IMG/VR virus record: IMGVR_UViG_3300042868_009074
Location: 1 to 64,000 of that record
DNA: 64,000 nt
Direction: 5' to 3' (one strand)
Positions within the stretch are counted from its first letter, which is position 1; the number at the start of each line of letters is the position of its first letter. The notes below the pieces were generated by a model that did no database searches, was not told the origin of the DNA, and saw only the letters and a program-made list of their open reading frames with translations. The translations under genes were made by a program, and so were the position numbers. Below are positions 56,103 through 64,000 of the stretch, piece by piece.

Positions 56103-56746
56103 CCTTCACTTCTTCTTCCGCCTATGTGGGTGACTAATGGTTCATCATATATATTTCCATAAAAACCAAATCTATAATCTTTATCTATAGAATGAACTTT
56201 TGTTGTAAACTCAGATTCTCCACCATGATCTGGCCAACCCATCTTAACCGTAGACATAGGATATAAGCATGGGTTTAATGTAAATAATCGACCATGTTGA
56301 AAGTAATCTTCTTTTTGAGAATAGTCTTCAAGATGTTGAAAGACAAATCCACCTACTGCTTCTTCAGGAGGATTAACAGAAGCGCGAACTAAAGCCATTT
56401 GAACAAGATGTGGATTCTGTCTTAATAAAAATGCCATGTGTGCTATGTCTATTGATTTATTAAATAGAAAGTCATCTTCTAAATGAAAAACGTAGTCAAC
56501 TTCTGGGTTAACAGAACTCCAAGCTGATTGGACTGCTCCAGCCAATCCTCTTCTTTGTTCATGTGATACTATATTAAACCCTGGAAATCTATTAACCAAA
56601 AAATCATGATATCTTGGATCGCCAGAGTCATTAATGATTAACTTTTCAAAAAAATCATAATTAATTACTTCGTTAAATCTATCTATAGTTTGCTCAATGC
56701 AAGCTTGTCTTCCGTCAGTTATTACTACTAATGATATTTTATTCAC
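56090..56746 (-). CDS. Glycosyltransferase family 2-like
   Basis: VITDGR, IINDSGD, FHLEDDF, HIGG. Confidence 0.8.
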   Translation of the reverse strand: MNKISLVVITDGRQACIEQTIDRFNEVINYDFFEKLIINDSGDPRYHDFLVNRFPGFNIVSHEQRRGLAGAVQSAWSSVNPEVDYVFHLEDDFLFNKSIDIAHMAFLLRQNPHLVQMALVRASVNPPEEAVGGFVFQHLEDYSQKEDYFQHGRLFTLNPCLYPMSTVKMGWPDHGGESEFTTKVHSIDKDYRFGFYGNIYDEPLVTHIGGRRSEGWFL

Positions 56747-57627
56747 AATGTTAGTTCCTTTATTGGTGCGGGGTCGTGAATTAAGGTTCCAGTATCTCCA
56801 GTTACTAATATGTTTTTTTCATAGAATTTTACTAAGCCCTCTAAGCCGTCTGACTCGTATACCTTGAAGTGCTCTGCCCAAGCTGCACCATTATATAAAT
56901 CAGCTCCTTCACCAAGCGCCTTGCAAGATTCGTAAGCATTTAGTATTTTTTTCATAAAATGATCTAAGGATCTCCATTGAAAATGTCTAATCTCTATAAG
57001 TTGAGGACCAAAGATAATCTTATCATGACCGTAGTCATCTATTACAGTCTTGATGTTAGTGCCAATATTCCAACCGTTATGCTGTACAAAATGATTTCCA
57101 TTTGAAATTCTTACAAAGCTATCGTCATCTCTGAACTTAAAGCAGCTTTTGTGATTTGTTGGAAGATTCCATTTCCATTGCATTGAGTGAAAGGGGGAAG
57201 TTCCAGGTTCATCGAATTCTGTGATTGAATGATTTGTATACAATACCTTATAAGCATCTACTCCATCTTGGTCCAACAGCTCGAAAGCCTCTTGCAAGGT
57301 CTTGTCGTGCGCATGCCAGATCTCATCAATATCAAACGGAATAACCCATTGAGCTCCATGGCTTCTAGCCATAGAAGCAAGATTGGTCATCTTGTCGGAT
57401 TGAGTGTAGGCTACAACATTGTCATCTAAGATAATAATCTGAATATTTGGATTATACTTTGCTATGTTAGATTTAGCTTCTTCTATTTTTTGTCTAGTAT
57501 CATCTTTTGAAAGATTATCTGCAATTATTATTCCGGCAGCACCGTTTGCAGCAAAGTGATACATCGTGTGATCAATAATATCACCTTCGTCCTTAGCCAT
57601 CCCCACTGCCCAAAAATTAGTTGACAT
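56743..57627 (-). CDS. Glycosyltransferase family 2-like
   Basis: MAKDEGDII, IADNLSKDDT, PFDIDE, RHFQWRS. Confidence 0.82.
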   Translation of the reverse strand: MSTNFWAVGMAKDEGDIIDHTMYHFAANGAAGIIIADNLSKDDTRQKIEEAKSNIAKYNPNIQIIILDDNVVAYTQSDKMTNLASMARSHGAQWVIPFDIDEIWHAHDKTLQEAFELLDQDGVDAYKVLYTNHSITEFDEPGTSPFHSMQWKWNLPTNHKSCFKFRDDDSFVRISNGNHFVQHNGWNIGTNIKTVIDDYGHDKIIFGPQLIEIRHFQWRSLDHFMKKILNAYESCKALGEGADLYNGAAWAEHFKVYESDGLEGLVKFYEKNILVTGDTGTLIHDPAPIKELTL

Positions 57628-58354
57628 TTACATCCTCATTTCCTACTGGGGTTAATCCATTCGCCATATTCCATTGAACGGAATTCTGTCTGTACATTTT
57701 AGCCTGAAGCGGTTCGCTAGTATCTATTGGGTAGAAAGTGTATCCGGCTTTTTCTAGTCTATCATAAAATATAGAATCTGCGCCAGACCAGCACCATTCT
57801 TCGTCGTTCCATCCATCTACTGCGTCAAACGATGCTCTGCTTGTCATCACTTGGTTATGATCTAGCTTATCAGCACCACGTACTAGTGGTTCATCAAAGA
57901 ATCTAACGCCTCTACCGTCAATTCCTCCACCATCGATATTATCGTTAGTATCTTTTACATGCTGTGCACAAAAGACTATGTCATGACCAGTTCGGTCTAC
58001 ATAAGACATCATCTTCTCTAGCATTGTAGGATAAAAATAATCGTCATCTGCTAAGTACATAAGATATTCACCATTGGAGAATCGTCTTACTCCTGTATTA
58101 ATTTGAGTAGCATATCTAGCGGTTTTTAATCTGTCTTCTTCTTTTATATTTGAGTTGAAAGCTATAACATTATCTAATGAAACGTATTCCTCTATGATAT
58201 TAATTACTTCTTGGTCAGAAGAATTATCGTCAGCTATTATTAGCTCAAAGTTATCATATGTTTGATTGATAACCGATTCTATGGCTCTAGTTAAATACTT
58301 TGCATTGTTATAACTTGTTAATACAACTGATACTTTTTTATTTGACACTTTCAC
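57617..58354 (-). CDS. Glycosyltransferase family 2
   Basis: VSVVLTSYN, IIADDNSSD, YLADDD. Confidence 0.88.
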   Translation of the reverse strand: MKVSNKKVSVVLTSYNNAKYLTRAIESVINQTYDNFELIIADDNSSDQEVINIIEEYVSLDNVIAFNSNIKEEDRLKTARYATQINTGVRRFSNGEYLMYLADDDYFYPTMLEKMMSYVDRTGHDIVFCAQHVKDTNDNIDGGGIDGRGVRFFDEPLVRGADKLDHNQVMTSRASFDAVDGWNDEEWCWSGADSIFYDRLEKAGYTFYPIDTSEPLQAKMYRQNSVQWNMANGLTPVGNEDVNVN

Positions 58355-58574
58355 TTCTCCATTTAATCATATTGCGAATATGTACATATTGCCACAGGAT
58401 CCACATTGCTAAAAAACCAGGCTTATCAAATATTATAGAGTATATAACCCAAGGAAATGAATGCAGGGCAACTATCAGATGTCCATACCATTTCTTATTG
58501 CCCACTAAGTAGCTACCAGATACTCCTATGAGTTCCATGCTAAATAATATCCAAGTCCAAGCTGTTTCGCTCAT
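58338..58574 (-). CDS. Small multi-TM membrane protein (PnuC-like)
   Basis: Hydrophobic, Trp-rich; start at MSETAW. Confidence 0.6.
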   Translation of the reverse strand: MSETAWTWILFSMELIGVSGSYLVGNKKWYGHLIVALHSFPWVIYSIIFDKPGFLAMWILWQYVHIRNMIKWRSESVK

Positions 58575-58615
58575 ATGTCTCTCTTCCGTTATATTGTGGT
58601 ACAATTATAACACAG

Positions 58616-58710
58616 GGAGAGGTGCCAGAGCTAGGTCGAATGGGGCATCCTGCTAAGATGTTGAAGGTCTTAAAAGCCTTCCGTGGGTTCGAATCCCACC
58701 CTCTCCGCCA
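58616..58710 (+). tRNA. tRNA-Ser(GCT)
   Basis: GGAGAGG/CCTCTCC acceptor stem, G73, CCA encoded, long variable arm, CT GCT AA loop; TGGTACAAT upstream. Confidence 0.93.
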
Positions 58711-58777
58711 TTATCTTTTCCAGAGAAAAGAAACATACATCATAACGACGAGAGTAAAAAACGTTATGTATAGCATA

Positions 58778-58993
58778 TTAATCCTGAGTTAGAACTTTCA
58801 TTATCAAAAAAGAAAGACGCATCAGATCACGGTTATCAATACTGAAAACGTAATCTGATCCGTCTCTTGCTTTAACATTGAATGTATGCGCTTTTACAAG
58901 CTCACCTTCAGTGTTGAGCATTGTTGCTTCTTTTGTTAGTTGGATCTGATCTATCATTGGCATAAAGCCACTGAAAGAATTATCTTCTGACAT
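58778..58993 (-). CDS. Small hypothetical protein
   Basis: 71-aa ORF. Confidence 0.65.
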   Translation of the reverse strand: MSEDNSFSGFMPMIDQIQLTKEATMLNTEGELVKAHTFNVKARDGSDYVFSIDNRDLMRLSFLIMKVLTQD

Positions 58994-59006
58994 ACTATAT
59001 CCTGAC

Positions 59007-59801
59007 TTAATCTTCTACTAGAATGTATAAATGATTCTGTGGATCTGATTCGTAAGCCCAAAATCTACTGAATATTCTTTGATCGTATTCAAAACCACCT
59101 TTTACAGCGTGATACATTGAGAATAGGTCAACTAATATGGTATCATACAAATCCCAAATCCACCACTTTTGAATTTGTTCGTCGTCATTAACGGTATTAA
59201 ATATCCATTTTAGTATAATATTAAAAAGTTCAACATCTTCTTTTGAAGGTTCTTTATCATGAATAGTTATTAGGTCTTCTGATATGTTAGGACCGATTCT
59301 TAACATTGGCTCATGAGTATTTGGGTGTGGCTTAATTGCATCACGCGCAGGAAAATTACCATTAGAATCTTTAACTACTGCACCAGATAGAAACTGCAAC
59401 CATTCTTTTGGCATCTTTTTCCATACGTCTCTAGAATTGATAAATCCAGTCATACCATGCCCAATCGGACAAGTTAACTCCCTCATGTTCCAAGAAGCTG
59501 CTACCTGAGGATTAGTACTCTTTACATGTTCTAAGTGCCATGGAATTAATATCTGATCTTTAGTTTTTTTTTCCTCATATAGATCAATTGTAAAAGTATG
59601 GTTTTCCATATTGATAGAAGAGATATGTTTCCATTTTAATTTTTCTGCAAAAACATTCATTAATTTTTCTTGTTCAGAAAAAGAAATGTTTATTTTATTA
59701 AATCCTAAAAAACCTTCAGATAAAAACATGTCTACATAATAATCGATATTGTCAATAATATCTTTATACTGACAATTCTCTATTTTTTTTATTACATTCA
59801 T
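59007..59801 (-). CDS. TauD/TfdA-like 2OG-Fe(II) dioxygenase
   Basis: PWHLEH...TGF...W..YDTILVD...YHAVKGG...R. Confidence 0.75.
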   Translation of the reverse strand: MNVIKKIENCQYKDIIDNIDYYVDMFLSEGFLGFNKINISFSEQEKLMNVFAEKLKWKHISSINMENHTFTIDLYEEKKTKDQILIPWHLEHVKSTNPQVAASWNMRELTCPIGHGMTGFINSRDVWKKMPKEWLQFLSGAVVKDSNGNFPARDAIKPHPNTHEPMLRIGPNISEDLITIHDKEPSKEDVELFNIILKWIFNTVNDDEQIQKWWIWDLYDTILVDLFSMYHAVKGGFEYDQRIFSRFWAYESDPQNHLYILVED

Positions 59802-59832
59802 TTTATTGTGTCACTTTTTAGGACCAGCCATA

Positions 59833-59994
59833 CTATTTCTTTTTCTTTGCTGCTCTCATATTATCTATAAGATTTGGATATGGTCTTCCTGCAGCTTTTG
59901 CCATTGCTTTAGCCGAAGCTTTTGCTTTAGGTGCAAGTTTTTTTGATTTTGATTTAGGATTTGGACTATCCCAAACCTGCTTATCTTTTGCCAT
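59833..59994 (-). CDS. Small basic protein (53 aa)
   Basis: MAKDKQVWD...KAAGRPYPNLIDNMRAAKKRK*. Confidence 0.75.
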   Translation of the reverse strand: MAKDKQVWDSPNPKSKSKKLAPKAKASAKAMAKAAGRPYPNLIDNMRAAKKKK

Positions 59995-59996
59995 TA

Positions 59997-60140
59997 TTAT
60001 TTTTTCTTATTCTTTCCCATAATAGACTTCTGAAGAAATGCTGGTAACTTCTTTTGTGCAGCTGTCATTCCTGCAGCCTTAGGTGCAGCTTTTGCTGGCT
60101 TAGCTATCATTTTTTTTGCGGATGCTTTTTTCATTGCCAT
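59997..60140 (-). CDS. Small Lys/Ala-rich protein (47 aa)
   Basis: MAMKKASAKK...KKLPAFLQK..KKK*; SD GAGG. Confidence 0.7.
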   Translation of the reverse strand: MAMKKASAKKMIAKPAKAAPKAAGMTAAQKKLPAFLQKSIMGKNKKK

Positions 60141-60163
60141 TTTATTTTTCCTCTTTTGTTGTG

Positions 60164-60469
60164 TTATTTATTTTTTGAATTATTTCTTTTTGAAATGCCA
60201 GCAGCTTTTTTCTTAGCGTCTGCTTTAGAACTAGCACCCCAAGCATTTAATGATAATAGTAACCTAGTTGGTTTACCATTCTTATCTTTTTCTGGACCGG
60301 GCATTCCGCCCATCCTTGCTAAGAATGAAGCACGTCTTGGGTTGTCTCCAGCTTTTACTGGGGCCTTAAGATTCATACCATCTTTTTTAGCAGAGGCTCT
60401 ACCCTTGGCATTTAATCCACCTTTAGGGTTTTTGCCCGCTTTTGTTTGCCATGTCGGTGATTTCGCCAT
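60164..60469 (-). CDS. DUF6321-like basic protein
   Basis: GKNPKGGLNAKGRAS...RRASFLARM...PTRLLLSLNAWG. Confidence 0.8.
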   Translation of the reverse strand: MAKSPTWQTKAGKNPKGGLNAKGRASAKKDGMNLKAPVKAGDNPRRASFLARMGGMPGPEKDKNGKPTRLLLSLNAWGASSKADAKKKAAGISKRNNSKNK

Positions 60470-60579
60470 TACTTCTTCTTTCTTGCCATTTGGATGAATG
60501 GTGGAAGCTTTTTTTCAGCTGCAGGAATTGCTTTTGATGCCTTCTTAGCTGAAGGATTAGATGTTTTTTTAGATTTCAT
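60469..60579 (-). CDS. Small basic protein (36 aa)
   Basis: MKSKKTS...KKLPPFIQMARKKK*; TAATG-coupled. Confidence 0.6.
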   Translation of the reverse strand: MKSKKTSNPSAKKASKAIPAAEKKLPPFIQMARKKK

Positions 60580-60593
60580 AACAACTCGTCTTA

Positions 60594-60788
60594 TCAGTTT
60601 GGCTTTTTCATCTTCTTGTTTGAAGAAAATGTTTCAGCAGTGGCTTTTTTTGTGCCGTACATCTTGTAAGCAGGAACAGATTTTGCGCCATTAATACTAT
60701 TATCTTTTTTTGGCTTGCCTGCATTTAGAATTGTGTTATTATCTTTATTGGTTTTAGCTGCTTTGTTAGCTGCTTTTTTTGCTGCCAT
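60594..60788 (-). CDS. Small basic protein
   Basis: Start at MAAKK after AAGGA. Confidence 0.65.
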   Translation of the reverse strand: MAAKKAANKAAKTNKDNNTILNAGKPKKDNSINGAKSVPAYKMYGTKKATAETFSSNKKMKKPN

Positions 60789-60789
60789 T

Positions 60790-60987
60790 TTATTTTCCTT
60801 TTTTATTGATCTTCCTAAGGGTCTTAGCAAGGTTTGCCTGCTGTACCGTCAACTTACTATATTTTGATGGATTTTTGGTTACGGCTGATGCCATACCCGC
60901 TACAGATTTATTGGCCTTTTTAGCCTTAGCAGTAAACGCACCTGGGCGCTTGATTGCTCCCTGAATCCAGTTTTTCTTATCTGCCAT
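60790..60987 (-). CDS. Small basic conserved phage protein
   Basis: KNWIQGAIKRPGAFTAKAKK...ANLAKTL. Confidence 0.75.
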   Translation of the reverse strand: MADKKNWIQGAIKRPGAFTAKAKKANKSVAGMASAVTKNPSKYSKLTVQQANLAKTLRKINKKGK

Positions 60988-61073
60988 GTTGATTCCTTAT
61001 AAGTTAAACAAGTAAGGGTGATACCATTATAGTACCACCCCCACCCACTTTTTATATTATAGCACGGATGCTA

Positions 61074-61286
61074 TTAACCGATAGTCTTGCCCTTGGTATT
61101 CTTGATTGGGCGCTTAGCAAGATTCATTTGACCGGCAGATGCTGCTGGCTTAGGGGCTGATGTGCCCTTCTTTTCAATGGTCTTACCTTTGCTATTCTTG
61201 ATAGGACGAACGCCCATCTTTGCTTGACCTGCACTTACGCTTGGTTCTGGTGCCGAAGTACCTTTTCCTGACATTTTCTTTGCCAT
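61074..61286 (-). CDS. Small basic protein with internal duplication
   Basis: KGTSAP.P..SAGQ...RPIKN.KGKTI occurs twice; SD AAGGAG. Confidence 0.75.
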   Translation of the reverse strand: MAKKMSGKGTSAPEPSVSAGQAKMGVRPIKNSKGKTIEKKGTSAPKPAASAGQMNLAKRPIKNTKGKTIG

Positions 61287-61315
61287 TTTATTTTCTCCTT
61301 GTATTAATACTAGTA

Positions 61316-61549
61316 TTATTTTCCACGATGAGATTTGAGATGTACATCTATCTTATCGTCGACCTTGTCAACTTGATCATCTAGGTGATCAAGTTTTTTA
61401 TGTAAATGAATCATATCATCTTTTACATTTATGAGCAAATCTGCGACCACATTATGATCGCTTTTATTTTCTTTTCTTCCCGCTTGAACTAGGGATGCTA
61501 ATATAGCGCCCAATGCAGCTATTAAAGAAACTATAATTGCCGAATCCAC
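61316..61549 (-). CDS. TM plus coiled-coil protein (holin/lysis-associated-like)
   Basis: N-terminal hydrophobic helix then heptads; GTG start. Confidence 0.65.
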   Translation of the reverse strand: MDSAIIVSLIAALGAILASLVQAGRKENKSDHNVVADLLINVKDDMIHLHKKLDHLDDQVDKVDDKIDVHLKSHRGK

Positions 61550-61652
61550 TGAAGTCTACTTCTTCTTAGAGATTTTTTTAGGAGCAGCTATTTTTTTTGC
61601 CATAGAACTCGTGTTCAACAAAATAGTACCAATTTGATAATCTTTATTTGAA

Positions 61653-61814
61653 CTATTTTTTTGCGATGCCTTTTTTGCTGCCATTTGTTTTTTTTCCTTT
61701 AAATTTAGTTATATTGGTTTTAGTAACTTTAGGATTAGGCTGCAAAATACCCTTGAAATTAGTAGTCCCCATTTTTGGGAGTCCGCCTATAAAAAGTTCT
61801 TTTTTCTTAGCCAT
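61653..61814 (-). CDS. Small basic protein (53 aa)
   Basis: Manual translation MAKKKELFIGGLPKMG...KKGIAKK*. Confidence 0.6.
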   Translation of the reverse strand: MAKKKELFIGGLPKMGTTNFKGILQPNPKVTKTNITKFKGKKTNGSKKGIAKK

Positions 61815-61917
61815 GAAAATCCCAAAAATATACTACTAGACATCTAAGTATAGTAATGTAAAAACAAAAAAATTCCCCCTATATATAGAATATAAGGGGA
61901 ACTTTCTTTGAAATATA

Positions 61918-62223
61918 TTAAGCTGACTTCTTAGGTCTGCCTTTTGGATTCTTAGTTTCCTTGGCAGGAGCAGCTTTTTCAGCCTTCTTAGCAGCTGGTT
62001 TAGGAGCTTTCTTTTTAGCTTCATCAACTACTTTTTTGCCCTCTTCAACAGCAGTCTTGACAACTTTTTCAGCTGCAACATCTGCTACTTCTGCAATTTC
62101 CTGGACGTCTTCAACTACTGAATCAATTATTGAATTAATAACTGAATCCTGTATATTTGAAGGTTTGCTCTTCTTAAACTTTAAAAGAAGACCAGTTACT
62201 TTCTTTGCTAATTTCTTAATCAT
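61918..62223 (-). CDS. Protein with histone-H1-like Lys/Ala/Pro tail
   Basis: C-terminal KKKAPKPAAKKAEKAAPAK; SD GAGG. Confidence 0.75.
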   Translation of the reverse strand: MIKKLAKKVTGLLLKFKKSKPSNIQDSVINSIIDSVVEDVQEIAEVADVAAEKVVKTAVEEGKKVVDEAKKKAPKPAAKKAEKAAPAKETKNPKGRPKKSA

Positions 62224-62310
62224 GATTACCTCGTTTAGTTAACTTTATTTTGAATTAATTCAGACTATAGTCTATATCATATTATTTAAATATGCAAGTT
62301 TTTGACAAAA

Positions 62311-62631
62311 TTATTTAGCTTGTTGTGTATCTTTAATTAGCTGATATCTTTCGCCAGTTTCTCTAGAAACAAGACCGAACCCATAGGCAGCTGCTTCTTT
62401 TACAGCTTCCGACAAGGCTTCCTTATCATCTAGAGACATTTCAGAAAGGGGAAGGGAGATCGCTGCGTAAACGTCAACGTTCTCAAAATTTCCTATATTA
62501 ACCTTTCTATTAACTCCGCATATAAAAACGGGGTTCGTACTGATAGTAACCTCTCCGGCCAATGCACTAACTGCTTGGTCTAGTGGTGCGTCTGTGGATT
62601 GCTCCTGGGCTGACTTTGATATCTTAGGCAT
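62311..62631 (-). CDS. Conserved phage hypothetical protein
   Basis: GVNRKVNIGNFENVD; SD GAGGA. Confidence 0.75.
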   Translation of the reverse strand: MPKISKSAQEQSTDAPLDQAVSALAGEVTISTNPVFICGVNRKVNIGNFENVDVYAAISLPLSEMSLDDKEALSEAVKEAAAYGFGLVSRETGERYQLIKDTQQAK

Positions 62632-63433
62632 TTACTTCCTCTTTGATTCCTATTTGCTTTAGTGTTTCGAGTGTTTGTTGTTCAACGTTCATATTATCGG
62701 TATTAATTACCAATGTGGCTATCTTTTTTATATCTTCTATAGATTGTTCTGACTTGTGGGAAGCTTGCACCTCGTCCATAAGTCTACCATCTCTTTTCAT
62801 CAATCTTTCGTCTAATGTTTCTTGAGATGCGTCAAAACAGATGACTATTCCGTTTGGCTGCTTGAGGATAGCCTCTGCTTCGTTTACGAAACGAACATCG
62901 GATACCAGAATCACTACTTGTGGGACTAAGGCATCTTCGTTGTCTCTCGACTCAGCAAAAAAAGATTTAATGTTTGATTTATATATCTGATAGCTTTTTC
63001 TTATTCCCCAATTAACGAAACAATTAGGATCAAAGTCCCTACATATATCTCCTGCTTTTTGGAGGAAAGTTCTAGGCTTAATACCTTCTGGCTCTATTGG
63101 CATAGAAAATACTTGCTCTACCATTTTAGTTAGATCCTGGTAATGCGGAACATTACCTATTGGCGATCCACCAAAAATTTCGTATAGAACATCATGAATT
63201 GCATACATTCTTCTCGATGCTTCATTATTTCCCTGTATGAGCTTCTTGGCAGATGCTAATTCATAAAGAGGAATTGCATAAAATATATGATCCCACTTTA
63301 ATCCGTACTTGTTAGTCTCTAAGGAGCCTTTTGGAACTATGCTCTCAGCAACTGAAGTTTTACCGCTTCCAGCTCTACCAGCTAACCCAATTATGATTGG
63401 GTGATCTTGATGTCTTATGTATTGGTTAATCAT
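62624..63433 (-). CDS. Deoxynucleoside monophosphate kinase
   Basis: GLAGRAGSGKT, RTFLQKAG, SDVRFVNE, HKSE; TGATATAAT 7 nt before ATG. Confidence 0.85.
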   Translation of the reverse strand: MINQYIRHQDHPIIIGLAGRAGSGKTSVAESIVPKGSLETNKYGLKWDHIFYAIPLYELASAKKLIQGNNEASRRMYAIHDVLYEIFGGSPIGNVPHYQDLTKMVEQVFSMPIEPEGIKPRTFLQKAGDICRDFDPNCFVNWGIRKSYQIYKSNIKSFFAESRDNEDALVPQVVILVSDVRFVNEAEAILKQPNGIVICFDASQETLDERLMKRDGRLMDEVQASHKSEQSIEDIKKIATLVINTDNMNVEQQTLETLKQIGIKEEVNA

Positions 63434-63441
63434 AAGTAAGA

Positions 63442-63885
63442 TTATATCACATCATCTTTTGTTTTGGGCGTTTTTCTTTTTTCCAAAGTATCTAGAAATT
63501 CATTAGCAAGAGCGTCGGGTTCCCATACGAAAGATCTTTCAACTTGTACAACCTTGAAATTAAATTCATCTCTAATATCTTCCACTGTCATCAATAACGG
63601 CAATAGAGAATCGTTTCTGCATTTCCATTTTCCGTTTATCTGATTAGCTACAACAGCTGAGTCTGTATAGATTACAGGGTTTAATAGATCTCCCATAGAG
63701 CAGATTAACAGACCAGCAATTACTGCTTCATACTCAGCTTCGTTATTACTCCTTGGGCCAAGACCTCTAGCAAACTGTGCAATCTTTTTTCTATTTCTAT
63801 AGATAGTCGTTGCGCAAGCAGCTTCCCCTATCCTTTTTTGCCCCTGCCCTCTTGATGCCCCGTCACAAAAAACTTCTATAATCAC
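63442..63885 (-). CDS. rnhA: Ribonuclease HI
   Basis: FCDGASRG, NNEAEYEA, YTDSAVV, N/E..D.LAN. Confidence 0.92.
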   Translation of the reverse strand: MIIEVFCDGASRGQGQKRIGEAACATTIYRNRKKIAQFARGLGPRSNNEAEYEAVIAGLLICSMGDLLNPVIYTDSAVVANQINGKWKCRNDSLLPLLMTVEDIRDEFNFKVVQVERSFVWEPDALANEFLDTLEKRKTPKTKDDVI

Positions 63886-63894
63886 CTAACAACC

Positions 63895-63999
63895 CTAACT
63901 AATTTTAACGTTGTATTTAATATTATATCTTTTTGCCATTTGGACTATATTCTCCTCTTGAGAAGGAGAACTAGCAATGTAAGTTGAGTTCAAAAGAAA
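63895..63999 (-). CDS. 3' end of a gene entering from beyond the window
   Basis: Open frame ...FLLNSTYIASSPSQEENIVQMAKRYNIKYNVKIS*. Confidence 0.5.
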   Translation of the reverse strand, partial: FLLNSTYIASSPSQEENIVQMAKRYNIKYNVKIS

Positions 64000-64000
64000 T

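Overview
The window is an AT-rich, gene-dense segment of a large tailed dsDNA phage. The host is probably an actinomycete (inferred from two WhiB genes, a DUF732-like protein and leaderless genes behind extended -10 promoters). From 1 to about 37.6 kb genes lie almost entirely on the + strand: a partial WhiB; a 22-unit, ~37-bp bipartite repeat array with unique spacers (163-971); a divergent RdRP/YonO-like two-barrel RNA polymerase; an SF2 helicase; a subtilase; five tRNAs among small ORFs; a ubiquitin-like conjugation locus (E2-like, JAB with a -1 frameshift signal, E1/ThiF, Ubl, AAA ATPase, two more E2-like genes); SSB; a degenerate UDG; HNH; tRNA-Arg; KTSC; a proteasome-beta-like protease; and sulfation/methylation/hydroxylation genes. 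From about 37.7 kb onward genes are mostly on the - strand: putative late/virion genes preceded by a shared (T/G)TACTAT motif, tail-fibre-like proteins, a holin-like gene, an endolysin, a glycan biosynthesis cluster, many small basic proteins, dNMP kinase and RNase HI. Eight tRNA genes were found in total. The best candidates for new biology are the array plus RdRP-like polymerase locus and the phage-encoded Ubl/E1/E2x3/JAB/AAA/proteasome-like system. All family calls come from motif recognition by eye; no searches were run.
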